64,000 bases of DNA from Epithemia pelagica (taxonomy: Eukaryota; Protista; Bacillariophyta), in contig OX337237.1 of NCBI GenBank assembly GCA_946965045.2, positions 2,294,001 to 2,358,000 on the forward strand. Direction: 5' to 3'. Positions within the stretch are counted from its first letter, which is position 1, and every line of letters starts with the position of its first letter. The notes beneath the pieces are model-generated. The model was not told where the DNA came from and searched no databases. It saw only the letters and a program-made list of their open reading frames with translations. The position numbers and the translations under genes are program-made. Shown piece after piece: positions 11,950 to 23,574 of this stretch.

Positions 11950-12846
11950 TTAAAGACTGGTGACATCTCGTGGTGAACTAGAACCACTGAATGGCGATTG
12001 TCCGTTGTAGTGATCGACTCGACTTTTCCCGTAGCTGTCAAGGCATTGCGCGTCGATCGTTTTCATTAGTTCTTGCAAGCTAACGTTCTTCTCAAGCGAA
12101 CGTTTCAGCTGTTGCATTATTTCCATTACTTCCGTTGACCCCCGGTCCATCCGTGCTGTTTCGTGCATCGTCTGAAAAAACTCTTGCCGTTGCCATAGAG
12201 GCAACATGGTCTCATCAATTCGTTCCATTGCGATTAACAAGCCAGCGTATGCAATTGACGAAGGGGTATACTTGACGAATCGGTAGAGGCAGACAGAAAT
12301 CTCGGATATGAAGCGTGTCACCTCCGCCAGCATATATCGTGTTATCGGTGAAACAGACTGAGGAAGCATTCTTAAGTATTGTCGGAGAAAACAAACGGGA
12401 GTAGGAGGATGAACCTGCCACTTCAGGATCTTTAACATCTTCTGCTCCATTTGAACGACATCAGCTTCTTTAAATTGTCCCCGACCCAATTTCACCAAGC
12501 TATCGAGCTTCACCATGGTGGAGTCATAAAGTTTGATAGCTAACTGCAACGCTGTCATAGCTGCTAGTTGAAAATCTTGCCTCGAATCAATGATACCTTT
12601 CGCAACACAAAGATCCAAGTAATACGTCGCAACAGCCACAGAATCACGACGAAGCGAGCAATGATCAATGACCCCGTACATCCACTCAATTATTCGCTGT
12701 CGCCAGGAACCGTCCACCACTCTCAACGCAAGAGAAGGGTCTCGTGACAGATAGTCATAGCGACGGTACGTTGTGCACTCCTGCTCGTGCATCCGTAATA
12801 AAACATCATGTACCTCTTCGAATTGCGATGAAGTGAATTCCTCCAT
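11950..12846 (-). CDS. Cyclin (diatom-specific cyclin-like)
   Basis: Cyclin box: YDYL...WRQRIIEWMYGVIDHCSLRRDSVAVATYYLD, FQLAAMTALQLAIKL, MEQKMLKILKWQVHPPTP. Likely ATG at 12846. Confidence 0.92.
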   Translation of the reverse strand: MEEFTSSQFEEVHDVLLRMHEQECTTYRRYDYLSRDPSLALRVVDGSWRQRIIEWMYGVIDHCSLRRDSVAVATYYLDLCVAKGIIDSRQDFQLAAMTALQLAIKLYDSTMVKLDSLVKLGRGQFKEADVVQMEQKMLKILKWQVHPPTPVCFLRQYLRMLPQSVSPITRYMLAEVTRFISEISVCLYRFVKYTPSSIAYAGLLIAMERIDETMLPLWQRQEFFQTMHETARMDRGSTEVMEIMQQLKRSLEKNVSLQELMKTIDAQCLDSYGKSRVDHYNGQSPFSGSSSPRDVTSL

Positions 12847-13831
12847 GATGAAGCGGTCTGAGAGACTTGGATAAGCTGAGGACTGAGCAAACCTTTTATG
12901 TCTGCAAAATGGGTGGGCGGAATCTGCCATTCAAGGCTTGTTGGGATGGTGCAAATAGGCGCTTAGTCGATCGAAATTTTGGTTCATGTATCCCTAACGA
13001 CAACCCAAAAATGTCAAATATGAGGAGAAAAGCACTACGTGTTCGTTCAAAATGCTCGGCGTGCGATCAATTAGGGAGATTTAGGGACACGAGAGGAACC
13101 AAAACTGCATCAACGGAAAAGAGAGAAGCATTGATAGCAAGAAACGTTATCCCAAAGAGATTTCTTCGTTCCGATTTCCTCGTGGGAATGTGACAGGACA
13201 GGAATTCTACAGAAATGTTTTGATTTGAGTGTTCGCTCACCTGCCGTTGAGCGTTCGGAATAGTCGATACCGTCCGTTGAACGCATTGCTCGAGGGCATG
13301 CCTCGGCACCAAGAAAGTTCCGGAAGCACAAGCAAATTTGATTTCCGTTGAGATGGCAACCCACTCACAAAGTGCGCACGTCCGGGATTCGCAACTCGTC
13401 TGCTAGAAATGGTGACATCATAGATAACTAAAGCATGTCACGAGTGCAATTGGGCAGATTAGTCCCGTTGATCATACTCCTAATACAACAATATTGGTGA
13501 AGCTCAACTGAAATGTCGAGAACACATCGAAGTCTCTACGGACTACGAATACTTGCGTGAAATCGGTAATGGATTACTCCTAATATTTGTTGCTGATTTT
13601 CTTCCGAAACGTCGAAACGACGTCGCAATCTATAACCTCGCGTTGATGAAATCAGTAATGGATCCGACATCCGCCGGCATAGACTATCCATAAAAGTTGA
13701 TGCTCAGAACTGAACAGGTGGACCAATTGGGATGTGGAATCGTTGTCCGTCCAGAGTTCATGAAATTTGCGAAGGCGAAGGACCATGACATCCCAATTTA
13801 TGACCTCACGTAACCTCTTACGAATAGATGG

Positions 13832-16813
13832 TCACCCTCGAAGCGACATACCCCTCGCGAAACCATCTTTTTTTGAACCGCCTTTCTTGTTACGACTAGG
13901 CTTCTTTTTAACCTTTTGTTGTCTGCCTCCTTCCGTATCATGATCACCCGCAAGTTTTACCCGACCCCCGAGCGCATAGCTATCGACTTGGTTCCGTACA
14001 TCGTATCCTGTCATTGAAATTCCAATCCCTCCGATAGAAAGAGCAATCGTGTTATGCGATTGTGTGGAGAACTGGGGGCTTAGGGGATCGTACTCCACGT
14101 TCTTTGCAAATGGAACCCGTCCGACTTCTCTTCTACTAGGAACGTGGACTACCAACATGTTATGGACCTGCGAAGATACGACCTCTTCTTCAGGAGGGGC
14201 AAACCACTGCCCATCAACTTCATCAATGGCCGAGCTGACCTCAGTGCAAAACAAAATAATGTAATCATCCCGCAACAAAACTATCGAATGCCCTCGAATA
14301 TTGCCAGAAATCTCCATCACTGCACTGTCTGTGCTGGCATCGGGACGCTCCTCTTCATAGCTAGGCAGTCGTGGGAAGAAACTAAGGAAGGTTTTGTATA
14401 TGCTGGGTTCCACGCCGCCTTCTTGTTCGGGGTTAACTTTGTAGATTGTTTCCATTGCTACGACAGAGGATGCGCAAACCAACAGAGATGATGAAGGAAA
14501 TGACTCAAACCCTTCAGCCACTAGAGACTGTCGAATGATATCCGAGTTTTCCACGACACGAGGTGCCTGAACGTGTCCCGTAGAGTCAATGTGACATGAA
14601 AGCAGCATTGATGATGGTGATACAGCTGCTGTTGCAGCGATCGCACAATCGGCGCGCGTTCCACCGTTGAGGTTTTGTTGAAGGGACGAAACAAGCACCG
14701 GAATGTTTGCCGGGGGAGGTTGTTGAGGTGAAGGATAGCTATCTCCCATCCACACGATGGCATGTGTATTTGCAGAGAAGAGAACAAGCTTTCGGTCCAA
14801 TTGCAACACTGATTCTGCATCTTCATTCTCTTCATCGTCATCTAGATTATCATTGGGAATCGATATTGAGACTTCCACCATAAACCGACCATATCCGCAT
14901 GACGCAATATTACGCCGCGAGACGCTCGTTGTGACATGACCAACTTCTCCACCAGAATCTTGTAAATAATCAAACAACGGTAACAACCGGTGATCGACGA
15001 CATCCATACTCAAAATAAAATTCAACACTGCTTCCCCGACATCGATGACCTCTAAACCTTCACCTGCCACTGCATCCGTAGACTCACCTACCAAGAAGTT
15101 GTCTCGGCTAAGTACCACCAGAATAAAGGCGGAGCTTTTCGCTTTTGGAACTGAGTCGTTCAAGTGTTGGGCGGAGACATGACAAAGGCATCCAATAGTT
15201 GTATCATCAAGACCCACAGCATCTAGGGTGCAAGTACGTTTCCTCGTTGATTTGTAAGGGTCGATGCTATAGCAAACGATTTCGCGACACCCCAATCGGG
15301 AAGCAGACGCCATCGAAGTTGCTTGAAAAAGGCGGAGGGTACAATCTTTGGCATATCCCGCCAAAACGTGATTTGGGGACCATTGCTTAAGCGAAACACA
15401 AACATCTGATTCGGTAGGAGTTAGTTTCCGCGACGTAAAGGACTGAAAAGCCACTTCTTTTTCATTCAAGGCGGGTGCCAACGATGCTGCTTGTTTTGAA
15501 TGAGTCGAAGAAAATGACGTTGACAGGAAAGATGGGACAGTCGATGCAAGTGCCCGAATATCTCGAAGAACTCTATAATGATCTTGAAACAATGCACGGC
15601 ATTGCATGGCATACTCGTGTTGTGACTGGGCATCTGTAGATGGCACCGAAGGAACATCATCATTTTCGTGAAAGATGGACACCGGTTGGGGCCAAGCTCG
15701 GCGTTTCAGTAAATAGAGCCAGAAATGGGGAGAGCGAGCTTTGCCAATTTCATTGTTCCAAGATCGGCATACCTGGCAACATGTCGAAACAGCCTCATCA
15801 GGTAAAAATGTGAGTATGTGCTCCAAGACAGCAGCAGGGAGTAGCGTCACGCTGGCAGCGTCTTCATCGCTGCCAAGCGAATTTTGCCGGGACCTCATAC
15901 CAGAACTTGTCCCAAAAAGACTGTCCAAGATTCCTGGTAAGGTACCACCCTCCTGATTTCGATCAAACACCAATCGCCCATCGACTGCCACGTAGACCAA
16001 AGATGCCAGTGGAGTTTGGGTACGAGAGAGTTCGTTCAAAACGTCATCACTAAGGCATGACTTTGGTGTACTTTCACCCTTCTCCAGTCCGGTCTCATGA
16101 GTGGCTCGAAATGACACATAGTAAAGCATATCCATGCCGCCTTCAGTGTCCACGTCTGGTTGGCTTCTAGCTGATTTGAGCGCAGCCTCGACCTTCTGTG
16201 TCTCGAGGTCAGAGGAGCTGTACTTTTTCAATACGTCGGCCAAAGAAAGATATTTGTTGGATGAGTAGTGAAAATACTTGCACGTTCCACTTTTCCTGGA
16301 GCTGTTCCCCGCAGTTCGTCCACTGCCATCACATTTGCCGTACAAAAAGTGGTGACGACAAAGCAGAATGTTTGAAAACCCCTCCTCGCTTCTCACTTCT
16401 GATGGAGCAGAATCTACTACTTCAGCTTTGCTACGAGGATGTACCTTTTTCTTCGCCCCAGCTCCACGGGCGAATGTTCGTCGATTACTGTCACTTTTTC
16501 CTCCGCCGGCACTTCCCTCACTTTCAATGGAGGATGATCGAGCTCGACCTCCACGTTTGCCCTTGTTCGGTGATGTGTTGTCTTCTAGCAGATCCAACAA
16601 TGGTGGAGAGGAAGATGGTAGAGCATCGGACCACATATGAATGGTGGATTTACGTGACCGAATCACGGATTCGTATTGATCCATTGCTTGCAAAAAGTCA
16701 TGTACCCATCCTTTGAACACTCGTTTTTCGTCCGTCTTGAGTTTGCGCTGTTTGGTTTCTCGACGTCGGGCTTCCGCCGTTTCGACACGCTTCTGCCAAT
16801 TGCCTCTCACCAT
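13832..16813 (-). CDS. Protein with CCCH-type zinc finger and F-box
   Basis: Intronless ORF of about 993 aa from ATG 16813. LCRHHFLYGKC...CKYFH, and F-box LLPAAVLEHILTFLPDEAVSTCCQVCRSWN. Confidence 0.8.
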   Translation of the reverse strand: MVRGNWQKRVETAEARRRETKQRKLKTDEKRVFKGWVHDFLQAMDQYESVIRSRKSTIHMWSDALPSSSPPLLDLLEDNTSPNKGKRGGRARSSSIESEGSAGGGKSDSNRRTFARGAGAKKKVHPRSKAEVVDSAPSEVRSEEGFSNILLCRHHFLYGKCDGSGRTAGNSSRKSGTCKYFHYSSNKYLSLADVLKKYSSSDLETQKVEAALKSARSQPDVDTEGGMDMLYYVSFRATHETGLEKGESTPKSCLSDDVLNELSRTQTPLASLVYVAVDGRLVFDRNQEGGTLPGILDSLFGTSSGMRSRQNSLGSDEDAASVTLLPAAVLEHILTFLPDEAVSTCCQVCRSWNNEIGKARSPHFWLYLLKRRAWPQPVSIFHENDDVPSVPSTDAQSQHEYAMQCRALFQDHYRVLRDIRALASTVPSFLSTSFSSTHSKQAASLAPALNEKEVAFQSFTSRKLTPTESDVCVSLKQWSPNHVLAGYAKDCTLRLFQATSMASASRLGCREIVCYSIDPYKSTRKRTCTLDAVGLDDTTIGCLCHVSAQHLNDSVPKAKSSAFILVVLSRDNFLVGESTDAVAGEGLEVIDVGEAVLNFILSMDVVDHRLLPLFDYLQDSGGEVGHVTTSVSRRNIASCGYGRFMVEVSISIPNDNLDDDEENEDAESVLQLDRKLVLFSANTHAIVWMGDSYPSPQQPPPANIPVLVSSLQQNLNGGTRADCAIAATAAVSPSSMLLSCHIDSTGHVQAPRVVENSDIIRQSLVAEGFESFPSSSLLVCASSVVAMETIYKVNPEQEGGVEPSIYKTFLSFFPRLPSYEEERPDASTDSAVMEISGNIRGHSIVLLRDDYIILFCTEVSSAIDEVDGQWFAPPEEEVVSSQVHNMLVVHVPSRREVGRVPFAKNVEYDPLSPQFSTQSHNTIALSIGGIGISMTGYDVRNQVDSYALGGRVKLAGDHDTEGGRQQKVKKKPSRNKKGGSKKDGFARGMSLRG

Positions 16814-16905
16814 GTTTCTCGTCACAACGAGAGATGGTTTTGAGGTCAACAGCTGTAAGGGCGCAATCCCCCGAAACAAGTACAAGATTCGAATGAACAA
16901 ACAGG

Positions 16906-18969
16906 TTACCCCCTAGCGGAAGGGTGAGTCCAGGTCGACAGACAGACCAAGAGCATTCTGATACTCACCCCCAAGGCGCGATTCTCAAAATCGGCGATTT
17001 TTCGACTTTGACACAAACTCACAACCACCACAACGCAATCACTACGAGACCCATCTTGTTGTGGTTGTAACAACACCCATGACCCCTCCCAATCAGATCC
17101 GCTTTGTTCCTGCTGTCTCTAACCACCCAAGGAACACTCCTGGCCGTGAAATGGCATGTGTAGACCCTTTGATCGCTCCAAGTGCTCAGTACCACTACGG
17201 TGCAAACCCAAACAACAACAATTAAACAGATAACCCTTTGTCTGAACGTGTTATGGATCCCTTTGCCTCTTTACAAGTACCTCCCACGATCAATTACCCC
17301 TCCCCTATATACCTGGTGACTCTCAGTGTTGTTGCACGACTCTCCGAATCCACTATTTATGGATTTGTGCTGTGAGAGACAAAATCAGGAGGTGGGCTCT
17401 CATGGCCATGCCATATTGGTGAAAGCAGCCAACTAAATTTGTTGGCATTTCTTGTTATGATAAATGCTCTTTTTCAGGATTCAGCAGCTATCAACGACTA
17501 ATCTACATCCATTCAATGGAATCCAATTGTTTTGAGAAAGCATAATCCACAAGTGAACGAGAACACCAGAAAATAGCAATGTGTTGAATCAGGCGGTGGG
17601 TAGTGTCATGTATGGACAGTGATTGGTTGTGTGAGGTGCTATGTTTGATGATTGGTTGGGTTTGGTGCTGGTGACAGGTTCGCCACCTGGTTTTGCCGTG
17701 ATAGAATTCTTGATTTAGTTGTCTTGTTGCCATTGTTGTTTGGGTTGTCACTGTTTGGACAGCTTTGTTTTTAACGATAGCACTGACAGCTGGAAAATGT
17801 GACAATGGCTTGCACAATGTTGGCAAAACAACATAGTAAATGAAAGGACCACCATGGAAATGGGACACAAGAACGTTTCTCTTCCGTTGTCTGAGGTGGT
17901 GGAAGTATGCTTGGAATCGTCACGATCAATTACCCCTCCCCTATATACCTGGTGACTCTCAGTGTTGTTGCACGACTCTCCGAATCCACTATTTATGGAT
18001 TTGTGCTGTGAGAGACAAAATCAGGAGGTGGGCTCTCATGGCCATGCCATATTGGTGAAAGCAGCCAACTAAATTTGTTGGCATTTCTTGTTATGATAAA
18101 TGCTCTTTTTCAGGATTCAGCAGCTATCAACGACTAATCTACATCCATTCAATGGAATCCAATTGTTTTGAGAAAGCATAATCCACAAGTGAACGAGAAC
18201 ACCAGAAAATAGCAATGTGTTGAATCAGGCGGTGGGTAGTGTCATGTATGGACAGTGATTGGTTGTGTGAGGTGCTATGTTTGATGATTGGTTGGGTTTG
18301 GTGCTGGTGACAGGTTCGCCACCTGGTTTTGCCGTGATAGAATTCTTGATTTAGTTGTCTTGTTGCCATTGTTGTTTGGGTTGTCACTGTTTGGACAGCT
18401 TTGTTTTTAACGATAGCACTGACAGCTGGAAAATGTGACAATGGCTTGCACAATGTTGGCAAAACAACATAGTAAATGAAAGGACCACCATGGAAATGGG
18501 ACACAAGAACGTTTCTCTTCCGTTGTCTGAGGTGGTGGAAGTATGCTTGGAATCGTCGTTGTTGTCATCGTCATCATCATTGTCCAACGCGGGAAAATGA
18601 TTCACTTGACCATTCAATGATCTTCGCAAGCGGTCAGGCATCCAGCTTGTTGTCGATCCTACTTGATCTTGTACAACAAACCAAGCAGTGTTGCAACGGT
18701 TGTTGTTGGTGGCTTCAATACTGCTTGGTATGCCGCTTCCGCACGGTGATACGCCTCTCACCTCATACAGGGGACCGACGGTGTCGCTTGTGGAACGGAG
18801 AAGACTTGGTGGACGACATGGTATAGTGTTGCACCTCCACCCACCGTGGTGGATGCAGTGAATGTGTGAGATGAAATTTTGGGTTTGTGTCAAAGTCGAG
18901 TGAGCGCGATGGCGCGGAATGCACAAACCCTCATTCACGACCAGGACTCACCCTTCCGCTAGGGGGTAA
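16906..18969. mobile_element. Non-autonomous TIR DNA transposon (about 2.06 kb)
   Basis: 32-bp TIRs TTACCCCCTAGCGGAAGGGTGAGTCCAGGTCG (16906-16937 and 18938-18969, 1 mismatch). Flanking direct repeat CAAACAGG (16898-16905 and 18970-18977). 17-bp subterminal inverted repeat (17002-17018 and 18883-18899). No intact transposase. Confidence 0.92.
17285..18556. repeat. Tandem duplication, 2 x 636 bp, inside the TIR element
   Basis: 17285-17920 is repeated at 17921-18556; identical ORF-track translations are offset by 636. Confidence 0.97.
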
Positions 18970-19165
18970 CAAACAGGTTTGTAATCTTCACGGTCAGGGA
19001 TTTGATTGCAGATCACAACACGGTTACACTATGTGGACCGCTCATTTTCCCCGTGCATACATCTTCTTTGAGTTAGGACGTTATACGGACGTTATAACCT
19101 CATCATTCGGAATGTGGCTGACGTAATTTAGATTTTCGATTCCTCGTTCACTTCAGAAACAGACC

Positions 19166-20016
19166 ATGGGGCATATACTTTCTACTACAACAAGTGCTTT
19201 GGGGGTTTCGTCGGCCCTTCTACTTCTTGCAGTACCAGACGTTCGATGCTGGTTGTTGCCGAGAACAACGTCATTTTTCATTTCTTCTTCTCTACATCGT
19301 GAGAAATTTCCATTCGAATATGCACTTCACTTGTCGTCCTCCTCGCCGGACGATAGTAGCGTGGAGCAATTGCAGCAAAAAGCGGATACACTGCGAAAAG
19401 AGATTGACGAATTTGAGCGCCAAAAGGAACAAGCGGAGGAAGGGGAACGACAACGAGTCGAGGCCGCCCTTGCCGAAAAGCGTAGCTACCGAGAGCGCTA
19501 CTCCGCCATTGTACCAATTCTGAAACCGGATGGAAGTGCACAAGAGGAACGATGCGATTTCACACCCCGAGTGAAAGACGGATCAACCTACATAACGACG
19601 TTTGTAGCGAATCTCCCGCTTGGCATTGTGTTGGGTGAGAGTGAAGACTGGTCCATGGCGACTGTTGTGGATGAAGTTGGATCGGGAAGTAATGGAGAAA
19701 CCGCCGGTTTGAAGGTTGGTGATATCGTTCATGCCTGTACAGCATGCAAGGTTGAAATGGAAATGCCAACCTGGCAGGTAAGTCATCCTCGCACTTGCAT
19801 ATATTGTGTTCACTTCATCGGAGCACTAAGGTAATCCAACGGTTTCACTTGAAGCTTTTGGCAGGAGGAATCGGTGTTCCAAAGACTAAACGATTTATGT
19901 ACCAAGTTGACGGTAGACCCTTTGAAGAGGTAATGGAAGCGATCAAGTCTAATAGAATGGACCCGGAAGAAAGAGCAGTCCTTTTTGTTGTGGAGCGAGC
20001 AGAAAAAAGTTCCTAA
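19166..20016 (+). CDS. PDZ-like domain protein with N-terminal signal/transit-like sequence; exons 19166-19777 and 19855-20016
   Basis: LPLGIVLGE...VDEVGSGSNGETAGLKVGDIVHAC. A 77-bp GT-AG intron joins MPTWQ|LLAGGIG in frame (257 aa). Confidence 0.75.
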
Positions 20017-21287
20017 AGACACGTCCTGGTACTCTATGAACGAAGATTTAGGGAAATTTACTAGGAGTAGAACAACGCCTGAAAATTACCTCAAGAAAAC
20101 AATCCGAAAAGCCACCTGAATTCATGTTTCTTGTGCAGGAGCAAAACATAGTATCCTGATTTTTATCTGTACAATGACATCTGAGACCATGGCCAACGCG
20201 ATCAACGCATGTGACCACGCTTTTGGGTGGGTGCTTTCATTCTCCAACTGTCACCGTGAAGGTGGACACAAGACATTTTAATAAGAGGTACTATGCGATA
20301 GCATGGCGAGCACCGGTGTGGTCGTATTGACAACTAATTATCAACCATGGACATTTTCTGGATAAAACATCTGTTTTGAAGTGTAACCCACAGTCCCATA
20401 TTTCGTGATGCCGAAGTGAAACGGATACCAAGGGAGCGACTACTAACACCGTCGTATGATTTAGGCGAGATTGATTTACCCTCCTATGCAAGCGATTGTT
20501 CCAACTAGGAGTAGGAGTACCTACATTTAGGTCGTGGAGTATAGTCGTAGTGCCGGTAGCCTGTAAGTCACACCAAGAAAATGTGCGCGCGCCCCAGGCA
20601 ATACCAAGACACTCATGATAAAGAATAAATACGGATCATTCGATCCGTTGAGAGCATGATAAACAATCTTCTTGAGCGTTAGTACTCTAGTTCATGTTAA
20701 ATATAATGGTAAATTGTTTTGATAAGAATGATGAGTAGTGATAGGCATGCTCGAAGACATGCGTAAAGTGGAGCAATTCGTGGCGTGACTTGGGTAAGTT
20801 TTTTTTCTTGTCCTCTCTACCTCTACTCTCTCTCTTCTTCTGCCATGTCGTGTTTGGTTTTTTGTGGGGTGTGTTTTGGAGCTGCGTTTCATGAATGTCG
20901 TCTCTCGTCTCTCGAATACCTGGAAGACCACAACAGATCTTTTCAAATTGATACATCGAGAAAAAGACGATTAGCATTCTTCTTTTGTGCTCAGAGAACT
21001 ACAGGTTGATTGGGCGCAAGTTAGTTTCCGGAAAGCTCGAGAGATTGCCGAGAAGAAAACGCAAGTCAAACCCCCTTCTTCCCATTGAGAAAGGGACGAC
21101 CTAAGACGCATTTGTCTCGAAGCCCACCTCCTCAACTTCGTATTGAACGAGAATCCGTTGGAAAACATCCCTAAGCAAAAATATTAAGACAATCTGCGGA
21201 CAATCATCATTCGAAATCAAAATATCAAGCTGATTGCGGTCATATTTGGTACTTTTTTACACATTTTTTGAAACTTGACGTTGGCTA

Positions 21288-22868
21288 ATGGTTTTGACTG
21301 ATCGGCAGCGAGCGGATTTGCACTCTGGCATATATGAATACTTAAAGCACCAAAAGGGGGATGCTTTTCAGGAAGCAGCGGCTGCCTTTGCCAAAGCAGA
21401 TCCAATCGCCGCAGCCTCCACGACCGGCAATGGTGGAAGCAATGGAATGAGCATAACGCCTTTGCTGGAAAAGAAATGGACGGCCATTCCACGATTACAG
21501 AAAAAAGTATTGGAACTGGAGCGACAAGCAGCTCACAATTCAAAAATTCATGCGCATCGAAGCAAATTAGGATTGGCGAGTGGTGGAGGTGGACCGACCG
21601 GCAGTGCTGGTGGATCAGGGGGCGATGGAGGCAGTGGAGGTGGAAGACGCATGCTTCCTCGCTTGCCTGCATCAAATACCCTAAGAGGACATTCTATGGG
21701 TGTTACGTGTGTCTGCGTTCATCCTGTGTATACCATGGTAGTTAGCGGATCAGAAGATGGGACGATCAAGGCAAGTTGTTGCAACTTATTTCTCTATTTG
21801 CTTGGCACCTTGCTTTCTAATTCATCTGAATTCTCTGTCATGTGACTTCTCTGTTCATGCGCTTCATTCGTGTGCTTGAATGAAATGCAGATTTGGGATC
21901 ACGAAAGTGGTGAATATGTTCGGACACTTAAGGGTCACACCAACACGGTTCACGATGTTTGTTTTACCCCATCAGGGACGCACATGGCTAGTTGTTCGGC
22001 GGATCTTTCTATTAAGTTGTGGGACTTCACCGTCCAATACAATTGTTTGCGAACATTGAGAGGTCACGATCATACTATTTCAGCCATTCGATTTTTACCT
22101 CTTCTGAATACAGAAAACCTCAAATCTGCCGAGAATACGGCCAACACCAGCACTGGCCTAACGTCGGTTGTTGCACAATCCAAACAGTTGCTGTCTGCGT
22201 CCCGTGATCAAACGGTGAAAGTTTGGGACATTGAAACAGGCTTTTGTGATTCTACTATAACCGAACACAGCGACTGGGTCCGTTGCTTGGCCACGCAGGC
22301 TTCAATGCCCACTGTCACGGATGGTGGCGAACAACCACGATGGGCTTCTGCCGGCAATGACCAAGTGATTCGGGTTTATCAGCAAGATGGAAATAACAGT
22401 TTGCCTGTGGCAACTTTGCGTGGTCATGAACATGTTATTGAAGCTTTGGCTTTTCTTTCCGAACCAACTGGTGGAAGTGGAGCAAAATCTTTTGGAACTC
22501 AAAATGGCGGTATCAACAGTAGCAAAACAAACGGAAGTTCCAGTGTCAGTGCTCGTGACTATTTGGCTTCAGGCTCAAGAGATCGGGCGGTTCGCTTATG
22601 GAGTCTGGTCGACGGAAGTTGCTTATCTGTCTTTTCGGCACATGAAAATTGGGTCCGAGCGGTTCTTCTGCATCCTTCAGGACAGTATATCATCAGTGCT
22701 GCAGATGACAAATCCATTCGGGTGTTTGACATCAAAGCGCAGCGATGCCTACGAAGTCTGGAACATGCTCATGATCATTTTGTTACATCGATTGATATAC
22801 ATCCTACGTTGCCTATTCTTGTGTCTGGAAGTGTGGACCAGACGATTAGATGTTGGCAACTGGATTGA
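21288..22868 (+). CDS. LIS1: Lissencephaly-1 homolog (LisH, coiled coil, WD40); exons 21288-21770 and 21891-22868
   Basis: [39 protein letters not shown] and repeated GH...W-D blades. A GC-AG intron joins DGTIK|IWD. Confidence 0.93.
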
Positions 22869-23574
22869 TCGAATGGGAAAAATGAGGAGGACTACCATGA
22901 CTGGAAGCCCTAAAAAGCGTTTCCAGTATGTGCTCATGTGGAGTCGTCATACGTCGATGAACGATTACGAGGACAACACTCTCAGCCGCAACGTACGAAT
23001 CCCTGTTTAATTAGGATATATCTATTTGCACACTTACCTCTTTAGGTATGCCACTTAGACCCAAGGAGTACTTTTCTTCGAGAGCCGACACTCAGCGAAT
23101 GAAGACAACTAGAAACTAGAGCCTTCGTGGCTCTTATAAAGTGCTCATCTACTGTTCATTGGCAATAGCTTGAACTCTTTGTCGAGCCGCTCGTGTGTCG
23201 AAGTCTGGCAGAATAAATCTAGGTAGAGTACATCAAAACTGGTCGAGAGCTCCTCCATTGTCTAAGACCAGTTTCGGATAGACCCTGACAGAAAAAGAAC
23301 TTGATCTAGCCATTACAAGTACAGGTTCTCAGTATATAAAGTAATTCCTCTCGTATTCATCCAAATAGCCCGAAAGAGACCGAAGTGGTTGATACCATAG
23401 ATGCATGAACGCTATCTTCATTTCGTATGAAATCACTAGCCTCTTTACAGGGTGTTGTATCATGAAGTTGAAGTTCACTTGATTCTCTCGAAGGCGGATA
23501 AAACCGTTTATGAATGGAAGAGAACCTAGAATGACGCATGGCGCCAAGTCCAGAGCAAGAGGGGAATGGGGCCA

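Noticed and set aside
20891-21187. 99-codon plus-strand frame with two stops that looks protein-like (pseudogene?)
   Set aside because: No recognisable motif, and the stop density is not clearly below chance.
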